Source: a virus
DNA length: 64,000 bases
IMG/VR virus record: IMGVR_UViG_3300042934_000861
Coordinates: 1-64,000 of that record
Strand: one strand, 5' to 3'
Position numbers and translations under genes: made by a program. Of the stretch, positions 18,237 to 28,091 are shown piece by piece. The notes beneath the pieces are model-generated. The model saw nothing but the letters and a program-made list of their open reading frames with translations. It searched no databases and had not been told where the DNA came from. The stretch's first letter is position 1, and every line of letters begins with the position of its first letter.

Positions 18237-18563
18237 ATGGCGGTTGATTATAAAAAGCTTGAAAGGGATTTGGACAAAGCGAGGTTGGCGGCAATAGATG
18301 CAATACCGGGAGACGATGGTGGCTCCTGCAATCGTGATACATTGGTGCTGCGCGTTCCATCGGCCAGAGAAAAGCTTGTTTTAAAAGCTATAAAGGCGGC
18401 TGGACTGCATTGCCGTGGTAAAAGTGAATGGTTGGGGCCTTGTTACTTTGTTTCTGGTCCTACCGGTGGACAGGGAAATGGGCGAACCAGGACCATTAAG
18501 GCAATGGAAAAAAGTTTAGAAGGCAATGGCTGGGATGCAAGTGTGTTTTATAAGATTGATTAG
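18237..18563 (+). CDS. Conserved hypothetical phage protein
   Basis: DGGSCNRD...GQGNGRT...YKID motifs. Confidence 0.7.
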   Translation: MAVDYKKLERDLDKARLAAIDAIPGDDGGSCNRDTLVLRVPSAREKLVLKAIKAAGLHCRGKSEWLGPCYFVSGPTGGQGNGRTRTIKAMEKSLEGNGWDASVFYKID

Positions 18564-18574
18564 GAAGTGAGAGT

Positions 18575-19567
18575 GTGGCTAAGACAAAAATCGAGTGGGC
18601 CGATAAGACCTGGAATCCTATTACCGGCTGCACAAAAATTAGCCCGGGATGCCATAACTGCTACGCCGAACGGATGGCAAAGCGATTGCAGGCAATGGGG
18701 CAAGAACGATACCGGAACGGATTTAAGCCTACTTGCCACATGGAAGTATTAGAGGAGCCTTTTCGCTGGCAAAAGCCGAAAAGAATATTCGTCTGCAGCA
18801 TGAGTGACTTGTTCCATGAGGACGTGCCATTTGAATTTATAGCCAAGGTGTGGGAAGTATTTTACGAATGTGGACCATGCAAACGAACGTTTAATGATCA
18901 TACTTTTCTGGTGCTTACAAAACGACCAGAGAGAATGCTCGAATTTTCCATTTGGTACCGGAAAGAAAAGTATATGCCGATTAACTATTCTAATGTCTGG
19001 CTTGGCGTAACTGCCGAGAATCAGGAGCAGGCAGACATACGGATACCAATATTGCTGCAGATACCGGCTGAAAAACGATTCGTAAGCGTAGAGCCGATGT
19101 TAGGATCGATAGTTATCAATCAATATTTACCTCATTATCCGCGATTGTTTAGTGAGAGAAACGGATTTAAAAATTTCTTGGATTGGGTGATATGTGGCGG
19201 TGAAAGCGGACCGGGAGCGCGGCCAGTACATCCTGCCTGGGTAAGAGGATTAAGAGATCAGTGTCAGACAACAGGAGTACCATTTCTGTTTAAACAGTGG
19301 GGTTTATGGTGGCCGATATCGCAAATGCCAGATAATGCAGAAGACCTTTATTATCCAGGCCCCGAAGAAAGTCCTTACACTACTCGAAAGTGCCGTTATC
19401 AAAATGGTGCATTGCAACTATCGGGAGAATTACTTCCGACACATAAATTTGGTTCTTGGGGCCATGGCGCTATGCAAACGTTTAAGGTCGGCAAAAAAAA
19501 GGCTGGACGCTTACTAGATGGTCATATGTGGGATCAGTATCCGGAGGCTAAAAACCATGTTGACTAA
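18575..19567 (+). CDS. DUF5131 / phage gp37-gp68 family protein
   Basis: TWNPITGCTKISPGCHNCYA, SMSDLFH, LTKRP, SVEP, GGESG, FKQWG. Confidence 0.93.
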   Translation: MAKTKIEWADKTWNPITGCTKISPGCHNCYAERMAKRLQAMGQERYRNGFKPTCHMEVLEEPFRWQKPKRIFVCSMSDLFHEDVPFEFIAKVWEVFYECGPCKRTFNDHTFLVLTKRPERMLEFSIWYRKEKYMPINYSNVWLGVTAENQEQADIRIPILLQIPAEKRFVSVEPMLGSIVINQYLPHYPRLFSERNGFKNFLDWVICGGESGPGARPVHPAWVRGLRDQCQTTGVPFLFKQWGLWWPISQMPDNAEDLYYPGPEESPYTTRKCRYQNGALQLSGELLPTHKFGSWGHGAMQTFKVGKKKAGRLLDGHMWDQYPEAKNHVD

Positions 19568-19796
19568 ACGGCAAAGCGAACATTTAGCAAACCTTGCTGC
19601 GTTTTTGATCGCATTATTCTTTGGTTCTCTGATATGTTACAACACCGTGGATATTGAGAAGTTGCAGGATGATAGGAAACAACTAAAACAGGAAATTGTT
19701 CGTCTCAGGCAATTAATTGATGAACGTACTCATCCCGAAACAATACAGAAGCGCCAAATTGAATACTTGCTCCATGAAGGTGAGTTTAAGGAGTGA
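19557..19796 (+). CDS. Small membrane protein with coiled coil
   Basis: TM LAAFLIALFFGSLICY. Confidence 0.6.
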   Translation: MLTKRQSEHLANLAAFLIALFFGSLICYNTVDIEKLQDDRKQLKQEIVRLRQLIDERTHPETIQKRQIEYLLHEGEFKE

Positions 19797-19800
19797 TAGT

Positions 19801-20001
19801 ATGGCCGTTGCGATAGAAGAGTTAGAAATGATTCGTGAACTTCAGAGGGATGGTTTAACTGCAAAAGAAATTGGCCTGCGAATTGGTTATGCCCCGTCTA
19901 CTATTGAGGACCGTTTAAAACAGATGGGATATACATGCAACGGCGGCAGTGGGCATGGTGGTAGAAGGCCTGGCAGCGGGAGGAAAAAAGTTGGATTATA
20001 A
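19801..20001 (+). CDS. Small HTH protein
   Basis: GLTAKEIGLRIGYAPSTIEDRL; GGRRPGSGRK tail. Confidence 0.7.
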   Translation: MAVAIEELEMIRELQRDGLTAKEIGLRIGYAPSTIEDRLKQMGYTCNGGSGHGGRRPGSGRKKVGL

Positions 20002-22489
20002 CGAGTTTTTAGCCAGCAAGATTATTCTTGCTGAAGATACCGGCTTTATAGTAAGCGACAGCGATGTTCACCCGATATTAAAACCGCACCAAAGGACTGC
20101 AGTAAAATGGGCTGTTAAAGGTGGCAGGAGAGCATTATTTGAAGCATTTGGGCTGGGCAAGACCGTACAGGAATTAGAGTGGTGCAGGCTTATTGTAGCT
20201 CGTGAAGGCGGCAAGGCGTTGATTGTTCTGCCTTTAGGTGTAAAGCAAGAGTTTACCCGGGATGCTGTCCATTTATTAGGAATAGAAAAACCGGAATACT
20301 GCCGTACGATGGCAGAGGTTGAAGCGGCAAAGACCGATATTATCATCACTAATTATGAACGGGTACGGGATGGGGATATTGAACCGACATATTTTATTGC
20401 CGCAAGTCTTGATGAAGCATCTTGCCTCAGGAGTTACGGCAGCAAAACGTATCAAACATTCTTGGATAAGTTTAAGGGAGTGCCTTATAAGCTGGTGAGC
20501 ACGGCAACACCATCGCCCAATAAATATAAAGAGCTCATTCATTATGCCGGTTATCTTGAAATTATGGACACCGGTCAGGCGCTTACACGCTTCTTTCAAA
20601 GAGATTCTACTAAGGCTAATAATCTAACATTGTACCCACATAAAGAAAATGAATTTTGGCTTTGGATGAGCAGCTGGGCGTTATTTATCACTCATCCCTC
20701 TGACTTGGGATTTGATGATACGGGATATGCTTTGCCTCCGTTAAAAATTAACTATCACATGGTACAAGTAGATAACTCTACAGCTGGTGTGGATCGGGAC
20801 GGACAAGTAAAACTGATTCGTGATGCTGCAATATCCCTTGCAGATGCAGCAAAAGAAAAACGGGATAGCATTGATTCCAGAGTTGAAAAGATGCTCGAAA
20901 TAATCAAGGCTAGTCCGGATGAACACTTTATTGTATGGCATGACCTGGAAGCAGAGCGACATGCAATAAAAAAAGCACTACCTCAGGTAGTGGAGATATA
21001 CGGTAGCCAAGAGTATGAACTCCGAGAGCAACATGTAATTGATTTTTCTGAAGGCCGTACTCAGTACTTAGCTACAAAAAAAGAGATAAGTGGTCAAGGC
21101 TGTAACTTCCAGAAGTTCTGCCATAGGGCAATCTTCTTAGGCATTGATTATGAGTTTAATGATTTCATCCAAGCTATACACCGTATCTACAGGTACTTGC
21201 AAGTTAACGAAGTGGTTATTGATATTATTTGCACCGAAAGTGAGCAACAAATATTAAAGGCGCTCATGGAGAAATGGAAGCAACATGATCATATGGTTGG
21301 AAAAATGGTTGAGATAATCAAGAAGCACGGTCTTTCAAGTACCTCAATGGCAGAAAAAATGGCAAGGACAATAGGAGTTGAGCGTGTGGAGGTAAGTGGA
21401 GAACACTTTACGATAGCAAACAATGATTGCATTTTAGAGACGGCACAAATGGAATCAGATAGTATTGACCTGATTGTTACTTCGATTCCGTTTAGCAATC
21501 ACTACGAGTATACGCCGAGTTACAATGATTTTGGTCATAACCAAAGTACGGAAAAATTCTTTGAACAAATGGATTATCTTTCCCCCAATTTATTAAGAGT
21601 GCTGCGGCCAGGTAGAGTATTTGCCTGCCATGTAAAAGATCGAGTGTTGTTCGGTAACGCTACTGGCACAGGAATGCCCACAATTGAACCATTTCACGCT
21701 TTGTGTATTGATCACTATATGAAGCACGGTTTTCACTATTTTGGCATGATTACGGTGGTTACAGACGTAGTTAGGGAGAATAATCAAACCTACCGTTTGG
21801 GCTGGACAGAACAATGCAAGGATGGAACTAAAATGGGTGTTGGTTGCCCTGAATATATTTTGTTATTTCGGAAGCTGCCAACTGATACCGGTAAGGCGTA
21901 TGCAGATGTGCCGGTGGCTAAAACGAAGGGAGAGTATACCCGGGCTCAGTGGCAGATAGATGCGCATGCGTTTTGGCGATCGAGTGGTAATCGACTTTTG
22001 AGTAAAGACGAACTTTCCTCCATCCCGGTTGAAAATCTACAAGCTGTCTACCGGAAATATTCGAAAGAATATGCCTACAATTATGAGCAGCATGTTGAGT
22101 TGGCCAAGCGATTAGATGAAAACGGGAAGCTGCCAGCGTCCTTTATGGTGGTTGCCCCTGGATCATGGACTGATGAAGTCTGGGATGATATTAACCGAAT
22201 GAAAACCCTTAATACTTCTCAGAGTAGAAAACGACAACAGATGCACGTATGCCCGTTGCAGATTGATATTGTGGAGCGGATTATAAACCGCTATAGCAAT
22301 CCTGGTGAGGTTGCCTATGATCCTTTTGGTGGGTTAATGACTGTACCTTTAGTAGCAATAAAGAAAGGGCGATATGGACGTGCTTGTGAGCTCAATTCGG
22401 ATTATTTTAGGGATGGTTTAGGTTATTTAAAAGTCGCAGAAGCAGAAAGTGAAGAACCAACACTATTTGATTTTATTGAGGTGAGCTAA
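19991..22489 (+). CDS. SNF2-like helicase fused to N4/N6 DNA methyltransferase
   Basis: GLGKT, DEAS, TATP, QAIHRIYR; then TSIPF catalytic motif and DPFGG SAM motif (beta order). Confidence 0.9.
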   Translation: MDYNEFLASKIILAEDTGFIVSDSDVHPILKPHQRTAVKWAVKGGRRALFEAFGLGKTVQELEWCRLIVAREGGKALIVLPLGVKQEFTRDAVHLLGIEKPEYCRTMAEVEAAKTDIIITNYERVRDGDIEPTYFIAASLDEASCLRSYGSKTYQTFLDKFKGVPYKLVSTATPSPNKYKELIHYAGYLEIMDTGQALTRFFQRDSTKANNLTLYPHKENEFWLWMSSWALFITHPSDLGFDDTGYALPPLKINYHMVQVDNSTAGVDRDGQVKLIRDAAISLADAAKEKRDSIDSRVEKMLEIIKASPDEHFIVWHDLEAERHAIKKALPQVVEIYGSQEYELREQHVIDFSEGRTQYLATKKEISGQGCNFQKFCHRAIFLGIDYEFNDFIQAIHRIYRYLQVNEVVIDIICTESEQQILKALMEKWKQHDHMVGKMVEIIKKHGLSSTSMAEKMARTIGVERVEVSGEHFTIANNDCILETAQMESDSIDLIVTSIPFSNHYEYTPSYNDFGHNQSTEKFFEQMDYLSPNLLRVLRPGRVFACHVKDRVLFGNATGTGMPTIEPFHALCIDHYMKHGFHYFGMITVVTDVVRENNQTYRLGWTEQCKDGTKMGVGCPEYILLFRKLPTDTGKAYADVPVAKTKGEYTRAQWQIDAHAFWRSSGNRLLSKDELSSIPVENLQAVYRKYSKEYAYNYEQHVELAKRLDENGKLPASFMVVAPGSWTDEVWDDINRMKTLNTSQSRKRQQMHVCPLQIDIVERIINRYSNPGEVAYDPFGGLMTVPLVAIKKGRYGRACELNSDYFRDGLGYLKVAEAESEEPTLFDFIEVS

Positions 22490-22738
22490 ATGGTGATTGT
22501 CGATGATGCGTTTTTAGTTGCAGAGATAAAAAATATCATTACCTCATTGCGGAGTCCGGCTTGCAATGTTGCTGATAAAGCAGAAAAAGAGCAAGTATTG
22601 TGGCAGGCAATACGGGATATCGCTGGTCCAAATATTCACTTGGTAGATCAGGTGACTTTTGAACGACTGTATCACAAGCACTATGCAATGAAATACGCCT
22701 TTTTGGAACGGCGACAAAGAAGTAGAGCAAGCGGTTAA
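22490..22738 (+). CDS. Hypothetical protein
   Basis: GAGGTG RBS, packed in operon. Confidence 0.6.
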   Translation: MVIVDDAFLVAEIKNIITSLRSPACNVADKAEKEQVLWQAIRDIAGPNIHLVDQVTFERLYHKHYAMKYAFLERRQRSRASG

Positions 22739-22749
22739 GGAGGGGAACT

Positions 22750-23715
22750 ATGGCTTGTGGATATGATGATACCTACATACTGCTATACCGCAAGCTCTTA
22801 CACAACGGTCATTTCTCCTTACCGCATATTGCTTTTAAGATATTCATTTACTTATTGTTAAAAGCAAATCGATTTCCAGATATAAAATGGAAATTAGGAA
22901 TTGGTGAATGTTGGGTTAGCTATTCAGACATTCAGGCTGATTGCGCAGAGGGAGATGGAAATGTTCTCAGTAAGGCTACTGTGGCAAAAATGTTAAATTT
23001 GCTAGAGCATGGAGGATATATTAGGCGCATTGTAACGGAAGGAGTTGGTATGAAAGTGAAAGTGCAAAACTATGGGGCTTATCAATTAAAAGACACCAGT
23101 TCATTTAGTGAACCGATAGGCATAAATGACCAGTCAACCAGTTCATTAAATGAACCGCTTACCAGTTTAGTAACCAGTTCATTAAATGAACCGCTACATG
23201 AAGAAAAAAACTCTCGAATCCTTGAAGAGGCTGTGAGTAATGCCAGTTCAACGGTTGTCGGCGGTTCATCTACCGGTTCACTTACCAGTTCACTTACCGG
23301 TTCATCTAGTGAACACATACAAGAAAGTAATAAAGAAAGTAAAAGAATAAAGAAACATACTGTGATGGATCATTATCATGACTTGTTTGTTGAGAAGTTT
23401 GACGAGAAGCCATTTATTAATGGTGGCAAAGATGGTACCTTGCTCAAAAAAGTGATAAATACCTACGGAGAAGATAAAACAAGGTCGCTGCTAACGACTT
23501 TCTTTAATAGTGAAGATAAATTTATTAGAGATAGCGGTTACTCAATTGGCGCTTTTGTCAGTCAGATTAATAAGTTAGTAATAGCTGCAAGGGAGGTAGG
23601 AAATCGTGGAAAAAATCAGCAACATCACAATCCTGGGCGAGTGGCAGGAAAGAGCGAAGCAAGCAAGCCAAATTTCCTCCCATTCGGTGTCCGTTGTGCA
23701 GGTGAAGACGATTGA
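22750..23715 (+). CDS. Replication initiator protein
   Basis: YILLYRKL...FIYLLLKAN winged-helix N-terminus, central iterons, precedes loader. Confidence 0.85.
   Translation: MACGYDDTYILLYRKLLHNGHFSLPHIAFKIFIYLLLKANRFPDIKWKLGIGECWVSYSDIQADCAEGDGNVLSKATVAKMLNLLEHGGYIRRIVTEGVGMKVKVQNYGAYQLKDTSSFSEPIGINDQSTSSLNEPLTSLVTSSLNEPLHEEKNSRILEEAVSNASSTVVGGSSTGSLTSSLTGSSSEHIQESNKESKRIKKHTVMDHYHDLFVEKFDEKPFINGGKDGTLLKKVINTYGEDKTRSLLTTFFNSEDKFIRDSGYSIGAFVSQINKLVIAAREVGNRGKNQQHHNPGRVAGKSEASKPNFLPFGVRCAGEDD
23095..23355. repeat. Replication origin iterons within initiator gene
   Basis: ACCAGTTCATTWARTGAACCG at 23095, 23137, 23173; 12-bp TACCRGTTCA repeats 23271-23306; A-rich tract after. Confidence 0.85.
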
Positions 23716-24448
23716 AGCGTGTCCTTGGCCAAATCGAGATTGTAGTATTTGTGATAATCGGGATGTAACTGATAAAGGTGTATTGACCCGTTATATAACA
23801 AACGAGTGTAAGGCTGCTCGAATGAGAGAATCGTTACTTGCTAAAAGTGGTCTGGAAGGAGTAGATATTCGGCAGACTTTTAGCAGTGCGATAGTAGACA
23901 AGTATACCAGACGATTGTACCAATATCTGCAGCATGAATGGGATAGAAAGCAATGGATTTATATTTATAGCCCAAAGGATGTTCAAAGTATAAATCCAAC
24001 TGGAAATGGTACGGGGAAAAGTTATACTGCGAATGCTATTGCTAACATGCTAATCGACGAAGGCATACCCGTTTTGGTAATTCGGGAGATTGATATGGCT
24101 TCTCAAATACAGGATACATTTGGCGATAAAACAGGTGAAAGTGAATATGCGCTGATGGGGAAGTATAAGGCCATTCAAGTTTTGATTGTGCAAGATTTTG
24201 GTAAACAAGGTTGCAAGACAGAATGGTGGCCTATGAAACTATATGACATTATTGATAAACGGGTTATCAGTAATAAGACAACAATTTTTACAAGCAATCA
24301 TGATATAACTAATCTTCGTGCAATGGAAGAGCGTTTTGGTGATAACCACGGGCCAGCCATAAGGTCAAGAATGGTAGGTAAGTGTGGTAGTAATCAAAAC
24401 ATCTGGAGATTAGAAGGTCCGGACAGAAGATTAAAAACAGGAGGATGA
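23606..24448 (+). CDS. DnaC/IstB-like helicase loader
   Basis: Cys cluster, GNGTGKS, VQDFGK, IIDKR, TIFTSN, AIRSRM. Confidence 0.88.
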   Translation: MEKISNITILGEWQERAKQASQISSHSVSVVQVKTIEACPWPNRDCSICDNRDVTDKGVLTRYITNECKAARMRESLLAKSGLEGVDIRQTFSSAIVDKYTRRLYQYLQHEWDRKQWIYIYSPKDVQSINPTGNGTGKSYTANAIANMLIDEGIPVLVIREIDMASQIQDTFGDKTGESEYALMGKYKAIQVLIVQDFGKQGCKTEWWPMKLYDIIDKRVISNKTTIFTSNHDITNLRAMEERFGDNHGPAIRSRMVGKCGSNQNIWRLEGPDRRLKTGG

Positions 24449-24594
24449 TTAAAGTGGAACAGTGCATTATGGGAGAAAAATGCGATTGCTCGTTTAATCG
24501 TAATGGCTGCGTAAGTGCGCCGCAATTGCTAGACCTTGGACTTGGCTGCATAGCGGTATGCGGTAAATATCGACAGGGAATGAGGGGTAAGTAA
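24445..24594 (+). CDS. 49-aa Cys-rich ORF (not in track)
   Basis: MIKVEQCIMGEKCDC...; fills gap between coupled genes. Confidence 0.5.
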   Translation: MIKVEQCIMGEKCDCSFNRNGCVSAPQLLDLGLGCIAVCGKYRQGMRGK

Positions 24595-24595
24595 T

Positions 24596-24919
24596 ATGCA
24601 ATTCGCTATTGAAACACTTGTTTCGTTACTCGTTGGGGCTTTTATGGGAGCTATGATTGCAAATATGCGGTCTGAAAAGCGCATAGCAAAGCTGGAAAGC
24701 GGATTAGGAGATGTTCGTATGTATTCTGTTTTATTGGGTTTTGCTACCGAAAAGTTGATTCATCATGAATATAAACCTGTTTTTCACAGACAGCTTCTAG
24801 AAGTTGCGGTTGAAAGAATAAGTGATGTATTAAATATCCCTTTTAGCAATAAAAAACATACAGGTGGCCAGATAGGAAATAGTGTGATTATCAGCTTGTT
24901 TCCTGAAGATGAGAGGTGA
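24596..24919 (+). CDS. Hypothetical membrane protein
   Basis: N-terminal TM. Confidence 0.6.
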   Translation: MQFAIETLVSLLVGAFMGAMIANMRSEKRIAKLESGLGDVRMYSVLLGFATEKLIHHEYKPVFHRQLLEVAVERISDVLNIPFSNKKHTGGQIGNSVIISLFPEDER

Positions 24920-24924
24920 TATGA

Positions 24925-25530
24925 GTGAGTTCTGTATCAAAAGAATCGATATTGGCTGCGCAAAACGGGGATTTAGAAAAGCTTGAGGAAATCTTGGAAT
25001 TGTTTTACCAGTTTGGTATGGAAACGGTTGTTAGCATGGGATTGCCGTCGTATGAATGGGAGGATGCAAGGCAATCAGGACTCATTCGGGTTGCTGCAGC
25101 AATAAAAAGATATGATTCTGCCCGCAATATGAAACCGATAAACTACTTGTTCATGGCATTAAAGGCCGGAATAAATACCTACCTTCGCGGATTGAATTTC
25201 CAGAAAAACAAAATGATGACCGGGGCGCTGCGATTGGATTCGGCTATTGATAAGGATTCTACTAATCAAAACACTTGGATGGATATTATCAAAGATCCGG
25301 ATGCAAATGTTTTTGAAAGTGTTTCAAATTACTTGGATTTTGAAGGGTTTTACCTTGAACTGGATCAGTCGCTGTCTCCGCTTGAACGTGGAGTATTGGA
25401 ATTGCGGTACCAAGGTATGCAACCACAGGCAATTTGTAAAGTGTTAAATGTTAAGCAAAAAACAGAAGATAATGCTTGGTGGAGAATCCGAAAGAAGGCA
25501 GTTTTACTCAGGCATAAAGTTGCTATATGA
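24925..25530 (+). CDS. RNA polymerase sigma factor, sigmaH-like
   Basis: AQNGD, EDARQSGLI...AIKRYD, LSPLERGVL, KTEDNAWWRIRKK (cf. SigH region 4). Confidence 0.85.
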   Translation: MSSVSKESILAAQNGDLEKLEEILELFYQFGMETVVSMGLPSYEWEDARQSGLIRVAAAIKRYDSARNMKPINYLFMALKAGINTYLRGLNFQKNKMMTGALRLDSAIDKDSTNQNTWMDIIKDPDANVFESVSNYLDFEGFYLELDQSLSPLERGVLELRYQGMQPQAICKVLNVKQKTEDNAWWRIRKKAVLLRHKVAI

Positions 25531-25796
25531 AACGATCAGAAATAAAGGTCGGGGGCATATATCGAGGTTCCAATAGAAAAATAGTAATAATAACAGATAT
25601 TTATCGCCCCGGCCCCGGGGATCAACGTAAAGATGATATCGTTGTATATCAAGTTATTCAGATGCATCGTAATCGTGGAAGTCGGCAGCGAGTCGGACAA
25701 GTGTATGAAGTACAAATGCTGAGCTTTGCTTCATGGGTAATAAGAAAAGTTGAATTTGAGTTAGGAAATCTGAGTCTTTGGGATGGATATATGTGA
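25527..25796 (+). CDS. Hypothetical protein
   Basis: EIKVGGIY...SFASW pattern. Confidence 0.6.
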   Translation: MKRSEIKVGGIYRGSNRKIVIITDIYRPGPGDQRKDDIVVYQVIQMHRNRGSRQRVGQVYEVQMLSFASWVIRKVEFELGNLSLWDGYM

Positions 25797-25805
25797 TAAA
25801 GGAGC

Positions 25806-26738
25806 ATGGATATGAGTGAGCGCAAATTAGTGGTTGATACGGCTCAGGGATGGTTTGATTCTGCACGTAATGACAATTACTCAATGGCCGAAAAATTAAT
25901 ATGCATGGAAAATGCCCTAAATCATACAGAGAACGCATTAGTTGCCGAACGGTCTAAAACAACACACCTGCAAAGCGTGGTTGCCATTGGGGCTGACAAT
26001 GTTAGGGAAGCCTGGGGGGCTTTAAGGCTCGTACGGATGATCTTAGAAGAGTGTGCTCCACCAAGCAGTGTCCCAAATGATGAATATATAGATCCAAACT
26101 TCACTTCGCATGGAATGGCATTGGTTGAGGGGATTGTAGCTTTAAGGGACCAGGCTGCGAGAGTGCTGCAGGAAAGGGATTCGGCTAGGGCCACTATAGC
26201 CGCTATGCGCTCAGCCTTAAAGGACGCACATAATTATATATACGATAATGCACCTACCGGAACTGTAACTAATCAGTTTGTGCGTGATATAGCAAAAATA
26301 ATGCAGACCATCGACCAAGCCCTATCCAATACAGCCGGGGCAGATATACTGCAAAGGGTGCGGGATTTGGAGCAGACATTGGAGCAGGAGCGGACAGAGG
26401 TTGCAAAAGGCGTTAATGCTATAAAGCAGGCTATAAAATTACGAAACTGGATGCTTGAAGGACGCGGACCATATGCCTATAACGATGACAGGTGGATAGG
26501 GGAGTTTGCAGATGCAATCAAAGAAATTGAGTCTGCATTAGATCCGCTCGAAAGAATTGCCCGTGACACATCCAATCGCACCACAGCCGGGGCAGAGTAT
26601 GCAGAACGGGTTAAGCGGCTGGAAGAGGCGGCACAGGCGGTATTGGACAGGACGGGCGATTCCGGAGAAACGCCGAGCGTATCAGTTTGCGCTGTGAAGT
26701 TAAGGGGCCTACAGGCCGTACTAGGGGAGGGCAAGTAA
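25806..26738 (+). CDS. Hypothetical coiled-coil mosaic protein
   Basis: Internal TAGA(D/E)...RV..LE repeat. Confidence 0.7.
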   Translation: MDMSERKLVVDTAQGWFDSARNDNYSMAEKLICMENALNHTENALVAERSKTTHLQSVVAIGADNVREAWGALRLVRMILEECAPPSSVPNDEYIDPNFTSHGMALVEGIVALRDQAARVLQERDSARATIAAMRSALKDAHNYIYDNAPTGTVTNQFVRDIAKIMQTIDQALSNTAGADILQRVRDLEQTLEQERTEVAKGVNAIKQAIKLRNWMLEGRGPYAYNDDRWIGEFADAIKEIESALDPLERIARDTSNRTTAGAEYAERVKRLEEAAQAVLDRTGDSGETPSVSVCAVKLRGLQAVLGEGK

Positions 26739-27046
26739 TGGGATCAAAAATGGTCGATGCTGATATTTACGACTTTTTAAGGTGCCACGAATGCCATTTG
26801 TTTAAAAGAAATGTAGAGGTTTTTGGTTGGGTTGTGGTGCCATTCGATGATCTTGGTAAATTCCAAAGCATTGTAAATAAATACGAGTTTCAAGATGGAT
26901 TGGAAGTCACCATGAAACTAGGTTATATCGCTATTGAATTAAACAACTTTATAGAAATAGAGAATTATAAAAATTGTTTTGATAATGACGAATGGCGTGA
27001 TTATTTCCCGGAATCGCCTACAGGGGAGGGTAAAGCAGATGCGTAA
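26738..27046 (+). CDS. Hypothetical protein
   Basis: TAATG-coupled start. Confidence 0.65.
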   Translation: MGSKMVDADIYDFLRCHECHLFKRNVEVFGWVVVPFDDLGKFQSIVNKYEFQDGLEVTMKLGYIAIELNNFIEIENYKNCFDNDEWRDYFPESPTGEGKADA

Positions 27047-27443
27047 CAGAGAGCAGGAAAAGAAGATTATGGTTAAGGCAACGGCTGGACCATGGGAAGT
27101 TGGTCATTTGTACAGTGAACATGCGTATAACGTTAAAACTACCTATCCCCGCGGTGTACGTGAAGATGAATTTATTCTTGGGATGATGTTTAACCATCGC
27201 CCTGACGAAACGAATCCCCAAGACAAAATTGATGCTCAATTCATTGCCGCAGCCCGTACAGGATGGCCCGAGGATTTGGTCTGGCGGGAGAGAGCGGAAG
27301 AATTGCTAAAAAGGCTGGAATGGGCCAGCGATGATGGAGAGCATTGTCCATGCTGCGGTGGATACAAAGGGAATTGGTATCCAAACGGAAAAGGCCATTC
27401 CGTCGATTGTGAGTTAACATCCCTTATAGGGGAGGGGCGGTAA
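27039..27443 (+). CDS. Ead/Ea22-like protein
   Basis: KATAGPW...DAQFIAAAR; C-terminal CPCC..H..DC. Confidence 0.7.
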   Translation: MRNREQEKKIMVKATAGPWEVGHLYSEHAYNVKTTYPRGVREDEFILGMMFNHRPDETNPQDKIDAQFIAAARTGWPEDLVWRERAEELLKRLEWASDDGEHCPCCGGYKGNWYPNGKGHSVDCELTSLIGEGR

Positions 27444-27715
27444 TGGTTGTTTACGGATACGAAATAAAAGCTTGTATAATCGGAGCTATTGCCGACTACA
27501 TGTGGGAAAAGAAACAATTCAACTTTTATGATATTAAACATGAGCTTGAACGAATGGGAGTACCGGAAAATATTAAAACAAGCATATTGTATACCTATAG
27601 CGATATATCTAGTCGGGCTGCCAATCGGATAATCCAGCAGCAGAGGAGATCCGGAAACATTAAATATTACCAAAAAAAATTCCTATGGCAATGGGTAGGG
27701 GAGGGTAAGCAGTAA
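27443..27715 (+). CDS. Hypothetical protein (winged-helix-like)
   Basis: Coupled start; RAANRIIQQQRRSGNI. Confidence 0.6.
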   Translation: MVVYGYEIKACIIGAIADYMWEKKQFNFYDIKHELERMGVPENIKTSILYTYSDISSRAANRIIQQQRRSGNIKYYQKKFLWQWVGEGKQ

Positions 27716-27978
27716 TGGCAAAACTAGTTAAAATATATGGTGGCGAGATAGAAAAGTACGAGCTAACGTTTCTAGGAGAGGTTTTTGACTTTTCGATGTT
27801 GCCGACTGAATGCGGCAGCGAAAGCGATAAGCCAACATTTGATTCTCAAGTTGCGGATAAGTACCCAGAATTAGCTGAAGATGACAAATTGATGCAAATA
27901 TTAGATCGTCTTTCGAATGAGGATGATGCTGATGATATTTTGGGATTGCTTGATGAATTGGGCGGTTGGGAGGACTGA
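27715..27978 (+). CDS. Small acidic hypothetical protein
   Basis: Coupled start; D/E-rich. Confidence 0.65.
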   Translation: MAKLVKIYGGEIEKYELTFLGEVFDFSMLPTECGSESDKPTFDSQVADKYPELAEDDKLMQILDRLSNEDDADDILGLLDELGGWED

Positions 27979-28091
27979 GCAATAATGCAAGGTTTAATAT
28001 GGGATAACCCAGAGCTATTAAGGTGTTAGTGCGTTTGATTATGAAACATATCGGATGAATAAATACAATGTGTTACATTGGGAGGAAGAGT

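Noticed and set aside
23095-23310. CRISPR array or mini-array
   Set aside because: Repeats are in frame in the initiator, spacers only 15-21 bp, no cas genes; iterons explain them
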